IMG/VR virus record: IMGVR_UViG_3300018962_000001
Coordinates: 1 to 64,000 of that record
Direction: 5' to 3' (one strand)
DNA length: 64,000 nucleotides
The first letter of the stretch is position 1. Each line of letters opens with the position of its first letter. The notes under the pieces are model-generated. The model made no database searches. It was not told the origin of the DNA and worked only from the letters and a program-made list of their open reading frames with translations. Positions 9,154 through 18,866 of the stretch are shown here, one piece after another. Both the position numbers and the translations under genes were made by a program.

Positions 9154-9624
9154 CTACAGGTCCAATGCGGTCAGGATCATGCGCGCGGGATCGTCCCGGA
9201 GATCCGATCCTGCCACCCGAACGACGCGATAGCCGTGGGATTCGAGATCGGCATCGCGCTGCTGATCGCGCCGCCGCTGGGTCAGCTGATGATGCTGCGA
9301 CCCATCGATCTCCAGGACCACCCGCCCCACCAGAAAATCAACACGGTAGGGACCAACTTGCGCCTGCCAGCGATAGGCGATCCCCGAACTGTTCAGCACT
9401 GCCGCTGTTAAGACTTCCCCGTGCGAAATCTTGCCGCGCGGATAGCCCTGCTGCCGCTGCTGTGCCGCGAGCTGCTGCCGGGCCGCGCGAATCACCAGCG
9501 CGCGGAGCGCCGTGCTGGACCATCCCCGCCGGATCTGATTCGCCATGCGCGTGACATCCTGGGCCGTCAGCGACCGACCACGATGTTTCCCGCAGCGGCA
9601 GTCAGGAGCGCAGTGCTGCGACAT
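9154..9624 (-). CDS. DUF559/Vsr-like endonuclease domain protein
   Basis: QAQVGPYRVDF..VLEIDGSQHH..RDADLESHGYRVVR; start position uncertain. Confidence 0.8.
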   Translation of the reverse strand: MSQHCAPDCRCGKHRGRSLTAQDVTRMANQIRRGWSSTALRALVIRAARQQLAAQQRQQGYPRGKISHGEVLTAAVLNSSGIAYRWQAQVGPYRVDFLVGRVVLEIDGSQHHQLTQRRRDQQRDADLESHGYRVVRVAGSDLRDDPARMILTALDL

Positions 9625-10129
9625 AGGCTGCAATCTCCGATTCCAGACGCTCCATCCCTGGCATAATCCCGCGTCGGAGATACAGGCGCATCCCTGGGAT
9701 AACCACCGGATCGTTTTCCGGCAGCAGCGGAATCCACTGGTCCGGCGGCGGCGGCGCAGAGTCAGGATGCACCTGGAGATAGGTTTCCACGAGAACACAG
9801 ATCGATAACAGGGAAAGATGAGGGACCTGCGTATGGATCTGCTCAGCGACCACGGGAATCCAGCCGTCGCTTCCAATCGGGGTCTGGAGGAGCCGCTCGT
9901 GCAGCGCCTGCATCTCCTGCATCAGCGCGTCGGGGGTCGTTGGGAGCATCATTGTTGTGCCTTTCACTAGCGGGTGCCAGCCGTCCTCGCCGACCCACCC
10001 GGCACAGGGGACGGACTGCCCATTGAACGTATCACCGGCCACCAGAAAGACCGGCAGGTGCTCACTCGGCGGAAGGGTCCAATGCATCACTGCCCAAGCA
10101 AGCTCGTCGTCGTCGGGACGATCACGCAT
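9602..10129 (-). CDS. hypothetical protein
   Basis: in operon, 3 nt after upstream stop. Confidence 0.6.
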   Translation of the reverse strand: MRDRPDDDELAWAVMHWTLPPSEHLPVFLVAGDTFNGQSVPCAGWVGEDGWHPLVKGTTMMLPTTPDALMQEMQALHERLLQTPIGSDGWIPVVAEQIHTQVPHLSLLSICVLVETYLQVHPDSAPPPPDQWIPLLPENDPVVIPGMRLYLRRGIMPGMERLESEIAAYVAALRS

Positions 10130-10132
10130 AGG

Positions 10133-11731
10133 TTACTCCGCAGCACCCTGCGCCGCCAGGCGCACCAGAATCTGTAACGGCCAGTGATCATCCACCATCG
10201 CCGTCTGTATCCAGACCGTTGATCCTGCCGCCCACGGATGCGTCGGCTCCAGGAGCACGGTCCAGTTCGAGGGTGGCGTGGTGTCCTGGACCTGAATGGC
10301 CTGCGAAAGAAGCTGCTGGAGAGTCGAGCTGCTAGGGGGATAGATCAACTGGGAGCGGACGAGGCGGGTCAGGAGTGGAAGAAACTGATCGGTTCCCGCG
10401 GGATGGCGGCGCAGTTGGGCGTCGAAATCCGCCACATTCGTCGCGAGGGACTCCTGAATACGATCGATAGTCTGACGTTCCAGGTGCCGCTGCATCGTGC
10501 GGTGGGTGTTCGCAATCGTGTGCTGGGTCCCCGCAAACGCCGATTGCCGAATTCGGACCTCCTTGCCTGCCGGAATCCAAGGGCTGCCCTCCGCGTCAAA
10601 CACCAGCCACGGATCGTTGGGATCGTCCGATGGCTCGATTTTGGCCGACACCCTGTACGGAGGCCGTTGAATCGTGGCAAACCCATACACCTGGCGAATC
10701 GTCTGCTCCTCGGCCCGCAGAATCGCCTTCTCAACTTCTTGCGCAACCTGCCGATCGCGGGCCGCATCCTCCTCGGTCCACTGCCGGAGGATATTGAAAT
10801 ACTCGGCTGATCCGGACGTGACTCCGGCGAGCTGCGCCTGGCGGTCCCGCACGCGGTCCAGGGCGATCCGCGCCCCGGAGGGATCGGCGGTGATTCGCAC
10901 CGCCGGTTGCGAGACGGTCTGCCCACCCCAGCGTTGCAATGGCCCTTTGCCGAGATTGGGGATCTCACTCGGCCCAGCAGGTAATGGGTTTGGAACAGTC
11001 CAGTGCCCCATACGCAGTGCTGCCCGTGTAATCGGCCCTGGAGCCGGGGGGGACTCATCGGGAAACGTATCAAGAATGAGCTGATGCAGGATCTGGATCG
11101 TATCCGCGATGACCAGGCGGGCGACCGGGCTATCCACACTCAACTTCGCATAGAAGCGCCCCGATCCATCGCCCTGATACCCAAACCGCAGGCCCAAGGG
11201 AAGATCAGGCAACCGACCTTCCAGATCTTTGGGCCGATCAACCACCGGGCCAAGATACGCAGTCGCAGGCTCCTCGCCGCCCGGCTGCCCCCCAGGGGAG
11301 CGAGACCACACTTCATTCTGAAATCCAATCCAGGTGGTATCGGTTCGGGCGAGGGCCGCGCGCTGGGCAATCGCGGTTGGGGCATCAACCAGGGCACGGG
11401 CGTTCATCGGATGGGTCGGATCGGGGGACACGTGCTTAACCGAAGCGGGAGCGACCTCCCACACGAGATCCTCACCAACGATTCGATACGTCAGCGGTGG
11501 AGAGGTCGCTTCAATGGCACTCCACCCCTCGCTCGTATCATCGACCGTCACGATACGCGCGGCAGGAACGAACGGAGCCAGGACATAGGGCACCGCTTGC
11601 GCATCCGGGCCAAAGATGATGGCCCGTGGTCCATCGTCGTGCTCGTTATACCCAATATACGGGTGCTGTCCGCTACAGATCCGGCACGTCCGGCGGGCAT
11701 TATTCCGAATGCGGTAAAAGGATTCTGCCAT
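10133..11731 (-). CDS. large hypothetical protein (532 aa)
   Basis: long ORF with RBS gagagg; no recognisable domain. Confidence 0.75.
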   Translation of the reverse strand: MAESFYRIRNNARRTCRICSGQHPYIGYNEHDDGPRAIIFGPDAQAVPYVLAPFVPAARIVTVDDTSEGWSAIEATSPPLTYRIVGEDLVWEVAPASVKHVSPDPTHPMNARALVDAPTAIAQRAALARTDTTWIGFQNEVWSRSPGGQPGGEEPATAYLGPVVDRPKDLEGRLPDLPLGLRFGYQGDGSGRFYAKLSVDSPVARLVIADTIQILHQLILDTFPDESPPAPGPITRAALRMGHWTVPNPLPAGPSEIPNLGKGPLQRWGGQTVSQPAVRITADPSGARIALDRVRDRQAQLAGVTSGSAEYFNILRQWTEEDAARDRQVAQEVEKAILRAEEQTIRQVYGFATIQRPPYRVSAKIEPSDDPNDPWLVFDAEGSPWIPAGKEVRIRQSAFAGTQHTIANTHRTMQRHLERQTIDRIQESLATNVADFDAQLRRHPAGTDQFLPLLTRLVRSQLIYPPSSSTLQQLLSQAIQVQDTTPPSNWTVLLEPTHPWAAGSTVWIQTAMVDDHWPLQILVRLAAQGAAE

Positions 11732-11746
11732 CGGACCCTCCTCTCG

Positions 11747-12079
11747 TTAAGCCGTCAGCGGCGTGGGGCGATCATCGGAAATGCCGTCAGGAAAAACCAT
11801 CTCGGCAACCTGGACCTGAAAGCGATTCATCGGTTGCGCATGCGGTCCCAGGGACGAATAACCTGCGGCAACGGCCATTGCCTGCCCAAGAAACCACCCG
11901 ATCTGGTGGAGATTACCGCGAAGGATCGTAATGCAAAATCGACGATCCAGCACCAGCTCGATCGCGGCAGAGTCTGCCTGATCCTGGGGATTGACAGGGT
12001 GGGCAGTCAGATACGGCACCCGATACCCATCCACAACCACATCATAGCCATCGGGTCGCGGGCCAATCAACTCAACCAT
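11747..12079 (-). CDS. hypothetical protein
   Basis: overlap-coupled in operon. Confidence 0.65.
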   Translation of the reverse strand: MVELIGPRPDGYDVVVDGYRVPYLTAHPVNPQDQADSAAIELVLDRRFCITILRGNLHQIGWFLGQAMAVAAGYSSLGPHAQPMNRFQVQVAEMVFPDGISDDRPTPLTA

Positions 12080-12704
12080 AGGTTCGTCCTTCCAGATCGT
12101 CGGTCAGGACTCCGGCCTGAAGAAATCCATGATACCGCTCGGTTAAGATACTCGGCTGGGCGGTGATCATCGGTGGGGTGCCTGATCGGGTCCACCCCGG
12201 ATCACCCGTGCGCGAGCTTGGCCCGTCAATGCTCCAGTCACGACCATCCGGCAAGCGAACCGTTAAACTCCGCCCATCGCTGCCCCGCCAGAACGACAGC
12301 CAGGGAGCATCCCACATCGCTCCTGGCGGGGCAGCGGGAGTCCCGTCCGGCGGTGCCTGAAAACGCAGGACATACCGACTCCCCGGAACGATCAAACATC
12401 CTGGGACAGTGGTGGTTACCACGAAGATCTGCTCGTGCCGGACCTGCCACTCGTCGTCGTCGGTAAAGACCACCCCACAGGCATCGCAGCTGGTGGGCCA
12501 GCGGGGATCATCATGCGGCCAGAGATCCCCGCTGGTTTGGATCAGGCCGGATGCATTGCGCGCCGCCCCGGCGTCGTCGATCCGTCGCTGGGCCTCATGT
12601 CCAGCCGATCCCACCGCACAGGGACGCTTCGATCCATACGTGAACCGCCGAAGCCATCGTTCGACCTGATCACCGGGTTCAAGCCAAAAACAGGGCGTTG
12701 GCAT
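12072..12704 (-). CDS. hypothetical protein, C-terminus DUF6527-like
   Basis: RBS ggagg; WTRSGTPPMITAQPSIL..YHGFLQAGVL resembles DUF6527. Confidence 0.55.
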   Translation of the reverse strand: MPTPCFWLEPGDQVERWLRRFTYGSKRPCAVGSAGHEAQRRIDDAGAARNASGLIQTSGDLWPHDDPRWPTSCDACGVVFTDDDEWQVRHEQIFVVTTTVPGCLIVPGSRYVLRFQAPPDGTPAAPPGAMWDAPWLSFWRGSDGRSLTVRLPDGRDWSIDGPSSRTGDPGWTRSGTPPMITAQPSILTERYHGFLQAGVLTDDLEGRTYG

Positions 12705-12715
12705 GCTTCCTCCGC

Positions 12716-13327
12716 TCACGCATCGTGCGCAAGATACAACGCATCTTGAATCGTGACCCGCTGCCATCCGGCGGCGGCGGCGGCTTCCAAACAGCGCACC
12801 CGCAGCCGCGTATCGGGAACGGTTAAACACAGCGCCGCTTCGGGAATGACGCGCGCGATCAGGCGGCTCCGCTCATAATCATCCGGCGTGCGCACGGTTA
12901 CCTGAATACTCCCCCGCGATGGACCATGTGCCAGCATGGCACGGACGGCCTGCGCCTGATCGATCACGCTGCCGGTCGTCCGTGGCACTGTGACCACTAA
13001 ATAGTCAAGCAGCCGGTGCCACGATTCGGAAGGAACCGGCGGCGATTCGAGGACCACCTGATCCTCGCGCTCATGGACGGCCTGGATAAACAAACGGATC
13101 GCACTTGGCTGATCCGTTTGGTTGTCGAGGAGCCGGATCAGCGTGGGGCCAGGCGCACGCGACCGCACCGATCGGAGGATCTCGCCGGGCAGGCAGGCGC
13201 TCCCGATCGACTTCGCAAGCCGAACCGTCACACAGACTCGGCCCTGAAGCACGCCGTGCGGCACGAGCATCGGCCCGTTGATTCCAGATACCGCGAGCGG
13301 TATCCCTGGCGGGGCATTCATAATCAT
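12716..13327 (-). CDS. hypothetical protein, probably leaderless
   Basis: ATG lies 6 nt after a TATACT -10; no SD. Confidence 0.55.
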   Translation of the reverse strand: MIMNAPPGIPLAVSGINGPMLVPHGVLQGRVCVTVRLAKSIGSACLPGEILRSVRSRAPGPTLIRLLDNQTDQPSAIRLFIQAVHEREDQVVLESPPVPSESWHRLLDYLVVTVPRTTGSVIDQAQAVRAMLAHGPSRGSIQVTVRTPDDYERSRLIARVIPEAALCLTVPDTRLRVRCLEAAAAAGWQRVTIQDALYLAHDA

Positions 13328-13333
13328 AGCCAT

Positions 13334-13362
13334 AGTATAGCGCAAAGATTCGCGCATGTCAC
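13334..13362 (-). promoter_or_regulatory. sigma70-like promoter (divergent pair with 13390)
   Basis: GTGACA-17-TATACT. Confidence 0.65.
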
Positions 13363-13389
13363 CTGGCGCAACAACCTTGCTCCATCCCC

Positions 13390-13418
13390 TTGACGTGCGC
13401 GCATAGTTGCGCTATACT
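13390..13418 (+). promoter_or_regulatory. sigma70-like promoter
   Basis: TTGACG-17-TATACT. Confidence 0.8.
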
Positions 13419-13443
13419 GGCACGGCAAAGGAAGGATAGGGGC

Positions 13444-13722
13444 ATGGGTACGCACGACGGTGTTCACCGCGGCATGATCGTCTTCAAATGGCACGACACC
13501 CGCGCCTTCGGCATGACCCAAATGTACGCCGAGGTGATCCGGGTCAATCGAGTCACCGTGACCGTTGAATGGCTCCGATCTGGGATACGGCAGCGCCTGC
13601 CGTTTGGCGACCTGCATCCTACGCATCCCGACGAACGGGCCGATATTCTGGCCGCTGAGGATCGGCGCATGCAGGTGATTGATCGGAACCCCTATGCCTA
13701 TGTGGAGATCGAAGATGCCTGA
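13444..13722 (+). CDS. hypothetical protein
   Basis: RBS aagga after promoter. Confidence 0.65.
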   Translation: MGTHDGVHRGMIVFKWHDTRAFGMTQMYAEVIRVNRVTVTVEWLRSGIRQRLPFGDLHPTHPDERADILAAEDRRMQVIDRNPYAYVEIEDA

Positions 13723-14146
13723 ACCATTGAAGGTCCACTACAGCGATTGTGATTCCATTCGTGGCGTCGGGCGCTGTAATTGTGGCGTACTCTGCCACGG
13801 GCGGGACTGTGACTGCTGCCCGATCCCCGAATCAGTCCCGGAAGGGACCGAGCACCCGGTGGAGCGCCCGATCGGTGAAACGTTCCTGGTTACGTTGCAG
13901 CGCGAGTGGGTTGTGCTGGACGGGACAACGCCCCCTGGACGGCGCGGCCATGCAACCATTCCTGCCGGAACGCATCGGATGGAGCGCATTCGACAACCCG
14001 GTGGGAAGGCGTATTGGTTGGTGCTGGAAGGCACGCTGACCGGCATGAGCGAAGGGGCCTGGCGGCAATGGGGCATGGATGACACGTGGGACCGGACTGA
14101 TCCCGCCTTTGTGCAGATTGATCCGCTCTCCCCGGAGGACGCATGA
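13715..14146 (+). CDS. Cys-rich hypothetical protein
   Basis: overlap-coupled; HYSDC..CNC..C..CDCC. Confidence 0.6.
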   Translation: MPEPLKVHYSDCDSIRGVGRCNCGVLCHGRDCDCCPIPESVPEGTEHPVERPIGETFLVTLQREWVVLDGTTPPGRRGHATIPAGTHRMERIRQPGGKAYWLVLEGTLTGMSEGAWRQWGMDDTWDRTDPAFVQIDPLSPEDA

Positions 14147-14850
14147 CCACATTTGATGATCTGGTGGAACGGCTGCGCCTCGCGCTGAATGAGGCCGATC
14201 AGTCCTTTAGCTGGAATCAGGACCCACGCTACCGGTCTAGCACCGTTGGTGTGCTCACCGATCGCGGAGGGGCGAGCCTCTTGATCCGTGCCGAAGGAAC
14301 GGGCGACGATCCACAAGCGCTGGTGGTGATCGGACGCTATAGCGACGCAGAGCGCCAGTTCCTCCAGCCGGACGAATATGACTTGGCGGCGGTTTCGGTG
14401 AGCGACCGCGCCCGGTCGCGACCGCACGGGTTTGCTCAGGCCATTCTCAGGCATCTCCTGCCGGTGTATCAGCCGCTGCTCGCTACTGTCAAGCTCCGCA
14501 TGCAGAACCAGAGCCAGGCCGGGGCAGGGAATGAGACTCCCCTGCCTAAGCATAAGCACGAATCCCCGACGCAGCTTGTTGCGCGCACCAGCTATGCGTA
14601 CGGACGATCCAACGGCTGGAGTCATGAAGACTCCCTCCGCGTGACAATCCGCGAGATTCGAGACCAAACCGCCTTGTCGCTCGACGACGCCCACAGGGTC
14701 GCGCTCATGACAGCGATTGACTGGATCGACGATCAGGATCGCCAGCTCCACGCGCTGCGATCCTCCTGCGTGGAAGCACTGATCACCCTACGTCGAGCCA
14801 GCCTGTCCATCCCGGCGGAATCCCCAGAACAACAAGAAGGAGAATCCTGA
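14143..14850 (+). CDS. hypothetical protein
   Basis: RBS ggagg, ATGA overlap. Confidence 0.7.
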   Translation: MTTFDDLVERLRLALNEADQSFSWNQDPRYRSSTVGVLTDRGGASLLIRAEGTGDDPQALVVIGRYSDAERQFLQPDEYDLAAVSVSDRARSRPHGFAQAILRHLLPVYQPLLATVKLRMQNQSQAGAGNETPLPKHKHESPTQLVARTSYAYGRSNGWSHEDSLRVTIREIRDQTALSLDDAHRVALMTAIDWIDDQDRQLHALRSSCVEALITLRRASLSIPAESPEQQEGES

Positions 14851-15065
14851 TGACGGATCGAGTCCATGTATTGACGGTTGCGCTGAAAGAACCGATGCGT
14901 ACCGATGATGTTGAAGCCCTAGTGAATGCCATCCGGCTGTTGCACAACGTCGCCTCCGTGACGACGGAGATCGTCACCCCCGATGCCTACTGGGCCGCCG
15001 AACGGGCACGTCAAGACTTAGCGAGTCAAATCTGGGCCGTCCTGCATCCAACAATGCGGCCATGA
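14850..15065 (+). CDS. hypothetical protein
   Basis: RBS aaggag, TGATG overlap. Confidence 0.65.
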   Translation: MTDRVHVLTVALKEPMRTDDVEALVNAIRLLHNVASVTTEIVTPDAYWAAERARQDLASQIWAVLHPTMRP

Positions 15066-15221
15066 CGTTTCGGGTTCCTCGGTGGGTATCCTGGCTCCTG
15101 GTTATCTGGGCGGCGATCTACACCATCAGCGTGTGTCCGATGGCCGCCTTCTGGATCGCGCTGGCCTGGCTGAGCTTTTGGACGCTGATCCTCGACTTCC
15201 CCCCCAACCCGTCACCACCCC

Positions 15222-15250
15222 TTGACGTATGCGCCAAACTGCGCTATACT
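15222..15250 (+). promoter_or_regulatory. sigma70-like promoter
   Basis: TTGACG-17-TATACT. Confidence 0.8.
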
Positions 15251-15299
15251 CTGAGCATGACGAACCGGCGATCCCGCCGAGCGAGAAAGGATACGACAC

Positions 15300-15701
15300 A
15301 TGGCTCAGATGACCGTCCGGGGGCAGAGCTTTGAAGCGGTGAGCGCCCAATGGGCCGGGATGACCGCCCACGCGCAAGCACGCTACGAGCGGCAGGCCCG
15401 GTTTGATCGCGAGATCGTTCCCCTGTGGGACTCGCTCACAGACGGCGAGCGCCGCGCCCACGATCTGTTTGCCGCCCAACGACGACGCGCCGAGATCTAC
15501 GGCTGGCACGAGGAACGCCGATGGGACGATGCGATTCAGGCGGCGGATCGGGCCGATATGGACCGGGCCATGCACTATAAGCTATTTCAACGCGATCAGG
15601 TTCCGCATACCAATGTCTGTCCACTCCACGCGGAGCACTACGACGGCGAGGACTTCGGTCCCTGTCCCATGTGTCTGCGGGGCATGGGAAGGGAACAGTA
15701 A
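15300..15701 (+). CDS. hypothetical protein
   Basis: RBS gaaagga. Confidence 0.7.
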   Translation: MAQMTVRGQSFEAVSAQWAGMTAHAQARYERQARFDREIVPLWDSLTDGERRAHDLFAAQRRRAEIYGWHEERRWDDAIQAADRADMDRAMHYKLFQRDQVPHTNVCPLHAEHYDGEDFGPCPMCLRGMGREQ

Positions 15702-16000
15702 TGCACGAGCAGTATGACGCGATCGGCACGCTGATCGCCAAAGACGGTTGGCGGAAACCGTCTCCGTACACCAGCACCGAGCGCTTCCGCACGGGTGATC
15801 GCATCCGGCTCAAATGGACCGGCGAGGCCGGGCTTCCCCACATCCACGACAATTCCCGTGCGGAGGTGCTGCGGGTGAACCGGAAACGCCTCCGCATCCG
15901 GGTGATCGGATGCAACACGATCCTCCATATCTATCCCAGCCAGGTACTGGAGATTTGTGAGCGTCCGGTGCCGGTGATGGAGCACACCCATGCAGGATAA
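15701..16000 (+). CDS. hypothetical protein (SH3/KOW-like beta barrel possible)
   Basis: TAATG overlap. Confidence 0.6.
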   Translation: MHEQYDAIGTLIAKDGWRKPSPYTSTERFRTGDRIRLKWTGEAGLPHIHDNSRAEVLRVNRKRLRIRVIGCNTILHIYPSQVLEICERPVPVMEHTHAG

Positions 16001-16472
16001 CCTGGAACGCGCCCTCCCGCGGGTTGAGTACGAGCGACGGCGCGATCTGATGGAACAGGTCAAAACCATTGATGGCGCGGACGCCCGCCTGGTCGGCCTG
16101 CGCTGCCGGTTCCCGATTATTCAGAATCGCGAAACCGGGGCGGAATACGAATATAGCTGGGAAACCGTGGCTCGGATCTGTGCCGCCGGAGGACACTTTC
16201 AGACCGGCGCGAAAGCGCGGCCCACCGGCCCGATCGATCTCGATACTCCACAAGGGTTTAAGTGGGCACTCCAGGCCGCCGTGGACCTGGCAATCGACGA
16301 CCATGCCACTGCTGAGCCGACACGAACCGCCAAGGACGTGCTCAGTGCGATCCAGGTCCGCGGCAGAGACGAAACGCGGCACCCCATCCGATCCCGGCAC
16401 GGCCATCTCCGCGCGCTGTTGGCAACCTATACAACAACGCGCCAGATGTTGAATGGATGGAATCCACTATGA
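15990..16472 (+). CDS. hypothetical protein
   Basis: overlap-coupled, RBS ggag. Confidence 0.65.
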   Translation: MQDNLERALPRVEYERRRDLMEQVKTIDGADARLVGLRCRFPIIQNRETGAEYEYSWETVARICAAGGHFQTGAKARPTGPIDLDTPQGFKWALQAAVDLAIDDHATAEPTRTAKDVLSAIQVRGRDETRHPIRSRHGHLRALLATYTTTRQMLNGWNPL

Positions 16473-16714
16473 CCTACTCGTATAAAGGAGCTACCGCGCA
16501 TACCGCAGCGGAGGTGGTAGGCACCGATACGGTCATCCAGGAGTTTCGCACCCGCCGCGACGCGCGCATCATGGCCGAGGCCGACATGGTTGGAGCGCTG
16601 GCCCGCTTGGCGTGGAAGCCGGTCAAAGTTGGCCGGTGGTGGCGCATTCAGGTCGAGGACGCTTTTTGGCTTGATAGTCATGGCTGGCTATGGGAAAAGG
16701 AGGCACCGGAATGA
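16469..16714 (+). CDS. hypothetical protein
   Basis: ATGA overlap. Confidence 0.6.
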   Translation: MTYSYKGATAHTAAEVVGTDTVIQEFRTRRDARIMAEADMVGALARLAWKPVKVGRWWRIQVEDAFWLDSHGWLWEKEAPE

Positions 16715-17172
16715 TCGACCCAGACGGAGCACCCGCACCCGATGATCGCCGCGATGCCCTGCGGGCACGGAAGCTGTCCACGCTCCTACCGTTAGCCCAA
16801 CGTGGGTATATTCGCCTGTGTGTCGCCGCCGATGCTCTGGTGGCCGTCCTGGACCGGCCTGGAGATGACCGGGAGCGCATCGCTGCCGAGCAACGACTGC
16901 TGGAAGCCAACGCGGACCAGAAGGCGATCCTGCTGTATCATCCGGTGGTCGATCCAGCAGCCGATCCGGCAGCCGTGGGATTGCGTCTGATCGCCGTGTG
17001 GGAAAGTCTCGATGAGCGGGGCAAGCAGCTCTATGCTGATCTGTGCGCGGCGACGGATCAGCACCATGTGGTTGCTGGCTACTCGTCCGACCATCCCGAT
17101 CGGCGGGCGACGGAAACGGCGGCGGCGGCGGCGTATCGGGCAATGGCGCAGTATTGGGAGGAAATGCCATGA
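16711..17172 (+). CDS. hypothetical protein
   Basis: RBS aggagg, ATGA overlap. Confidence 0.7.
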   Translation: MIDPDGAPAPDDRRDALRARKLSTLLPLAQRGYIRLCVAADALVAVLDRPGDDRERIAAEQRLLEANADQKAILLYHPVVDPAADPAAVGLRLIAVWESLDERGKQLYADLCAATDQHHVVAGYSSDHPDRRATETAAAAAYRAMAQYWEEMP

Positions 17173-17477
17173 GTTCCATACGGAAAACCGCCGATCTCGT
17201 TCGCCAATTGGCCCAGGAACATCTCGGTCCCTTGGCGGACCTTGATCCGGCGCTGGTCGCGCGGATTGATGCGATTCTTGATGACCAACCAACCGGGCGA
17301 CATGCCCGGTTGGCGATCGAGGCCGCCGGAATCACTATCAGTGACCGTCACCTCCGGGCACGCTGGAATGCGGCCATGCAGCGCCGACTTCGTTGGATGG
17401 TCGCAGCGGCGGCTGCGAATGGGGAAACACCGCTGATTCTCGCGCACGGGTGCGATCAGAAGGATCTGCCGAGATGA
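17169..17477 (+). CDS. hypothetical protein
   Basis: RBS ggagg, ATGA overlap. Confidence 0.65.
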   Translation: MSSIRKTADLVRQLAQEHLGPLADLDPALVARIDAILDDQPTGRHARLAIEAAGITISDRHLRARWNAAMQRRLRWMVAAAAANGETPLILAHGCDQKDLPR

Positions 17478-17713
17478 TCTTTCAAGCGTTGTCGCCGTGG
17501 CAAGCGGCCCATGTCGTGAAGCGGAGTCCCGATGCCATCCGCCGGGCGTATCGATCCGGCAAGCTCCCGGCCCGCAACCTGGGCACCGCAACCCGGCCCC
17601 AGTACGTTATTGATCGGGACGACCTGTTGCGGTGGCACGCGGCGAATCCGCCGCGTGCCACGCGCAGGCAACCCCAGGAGGCTCCTGATGTCTCAGAATC
17701 TTCCCGACCCTGA
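17474..17713 (+). CDS. excisionase-like HTH DNA-binding protein (HTH_17)
   Basis: LSPWQAAHVVKRSPDAIRRAYRSGKLPA...YVIDRDDL. Confidence 0.8.
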   Translation: MIFQALSPWQAAHVVKRSPDAIRRAYRSGKLPARNLGTATRPQYVIDRDDLLRWHAANPPRATRRQPQEAPDVSESSRP

Positions 17714-17942
17714 GTCCGATTTGGCAGAGTCCGTGCGCGAGCTTGCGGATCGGCTGCACGTCGTCGCACGGTACCCGTATCTCTTGGAAGGACAACTCCA
17801 GAAAACCGACCCCCTGATTCGAGCCGCGGTTCGTGCGTTTGTCGGCGAGATGGAGCAGTATCTTGCGGTCCACACCTTTGCGCTCACCCTGGCTGAAGCC
17901 ACTACGTCACCGCCTCCGGAGACTCCTGATGGATGCGGTTGA
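17688..17942 (+). CDS. hypothetical protein
   Basis: RBS aggagg. Confidence 0.6.
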   Translation: MSQNLPDPESDLAESVRELADRLHVVARYPYLLEGQLQKTDPLIRAAVRAFVGEMEQYLAVHTFALTLAEATTSPPPETPDGCG

Positions 17943-18228
17943 GCAGATCGATCGGATGGGGGATGCCACCGTGGCGGATTGGGCGGCCACGGTGCGGCAG
18001 TGTTGGGTCCGCGCGTGCGAAGCCGATGGGATTGATCCGGCGGCGGCGGCGGTCGTCTTTTCTGCCGACAACCCGGTGGTTCTCTACTTAAATCGGGCGA
18101 TCCAGTCGTACCAAGAAGCGCTGGCGAATCGTACCGCGTTCGGATACACCGGTCTCGTCATTACCGGGGGGAAGGCCAAGATTCCCCCACCAGTGAAAGG
18201 AACCCGTCGTGGAAAAAAGCCCGTGTGA
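17929..18228 (+). CDS. hypothetical protein (paralogue of 484-741)
   Basis: CWVRACEADGIDP..VVFSADNP. Confidence 0.65.
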   Translation: MDAVEQIDRMGDATVADWAATVRQCWVRACEADGIDPAAAAVVFSADNPVVLYLNRAIQSYQEALANRTAFGYTGLVITGGKAKIPPPVKGTRRGKKPV

Positions 18229-18736
18229 GGTTGGCACCCCGGCCAGCCGTGGCTACCAGGCCGCCGCTGCGATGTATGGAGTACGCAGGGAAATGGGGCA
18301 CGCCCATGAGGATGCTCTGCGGAGCGCCACGGCCATCACCATCTTGTACGTCCCCCCATCAGAGGCGCGGGAGATCGCCGCACGCGCGGCCCTGCTTTGG
18401 GCACGAAGCCATGAGCGGGATCACCTCGGTGCGCGACTCCACGCCTGGGGGGAAAGTCGCCGGGTTCCTGGCGTCCCTCGCCCCGCCGCCGATCGATCCG
18501 GCACATGGCGACTCACCTGCCTCATCGATGCGTGTTGTTTCCAAACATGCTCCTTGATCGCGATGCAGGAACATCAGATGGATGCGCATGGGATCTCGCG
18601 CCGCGATCTTATGCTGGCCGAACGCTGGCCCGTCGATGATGGTCTCGACCACTACCAGTGGAGCTTCCCAAGCCAGGACCAGCTCCCCAGTATGCACGCC
18701 GATCGAATTACCCGCCCCACCGAACAGCACCCCTAG
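18209..18736 (+). CDS. hypothetical protein
   Basis: overlap-coupled ORF ending just before a promoter. Confidence 0.5.
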   Translation: MEKSPCEVGTPASRGYQAAAAMYGVRREMGHAHEDALRSATAITILYVPPSEAREIAARAALLWARSHERDHLGARLHAWGESRRVPGVPRPAADRSGTWRLTCLIDACCFQTCSLIAMQEHQMDAHGISRRDLMLAERWPVDDGLDHYQWSFPSQDQLPSMHADRITRPTEQHP

Positions 18737-18811
18737 ACGTGGACCATGATCAGAGCGGCGACAGTGGGGCACGTCTGCCCGTCCAACCCTGTATGATCTC
18801 TGTATAACCCC

Positions 18812-18840
18812 TTGACGACCTCGGCCCGCTCCGGTAAGAT
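18812..18840 (+). promoter_or_regulatory. sigma70-like promoter
   Basis: TTGACG-17-TAAGAT. Confidence 0.75.
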
Positions 18841-18866
18841 GCGTGCGTAGCAGAAAGAGGAGCAAG

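Noticed and set aside
11003-12166. 387-aa plus-strand ORF (also 13738-14751 minus, 55723-56748 minus, 59848-60768 minus)
   Set aside because: Shadows of better-supported genes on the opposite strand that have RBS and coupled overlaps.
17474-17713. Excisionase-like gene as proof of a prophage
   Set aside because: No integrase, att site or host flank in the window; HTH_17 proteins also occur in lytic phages.
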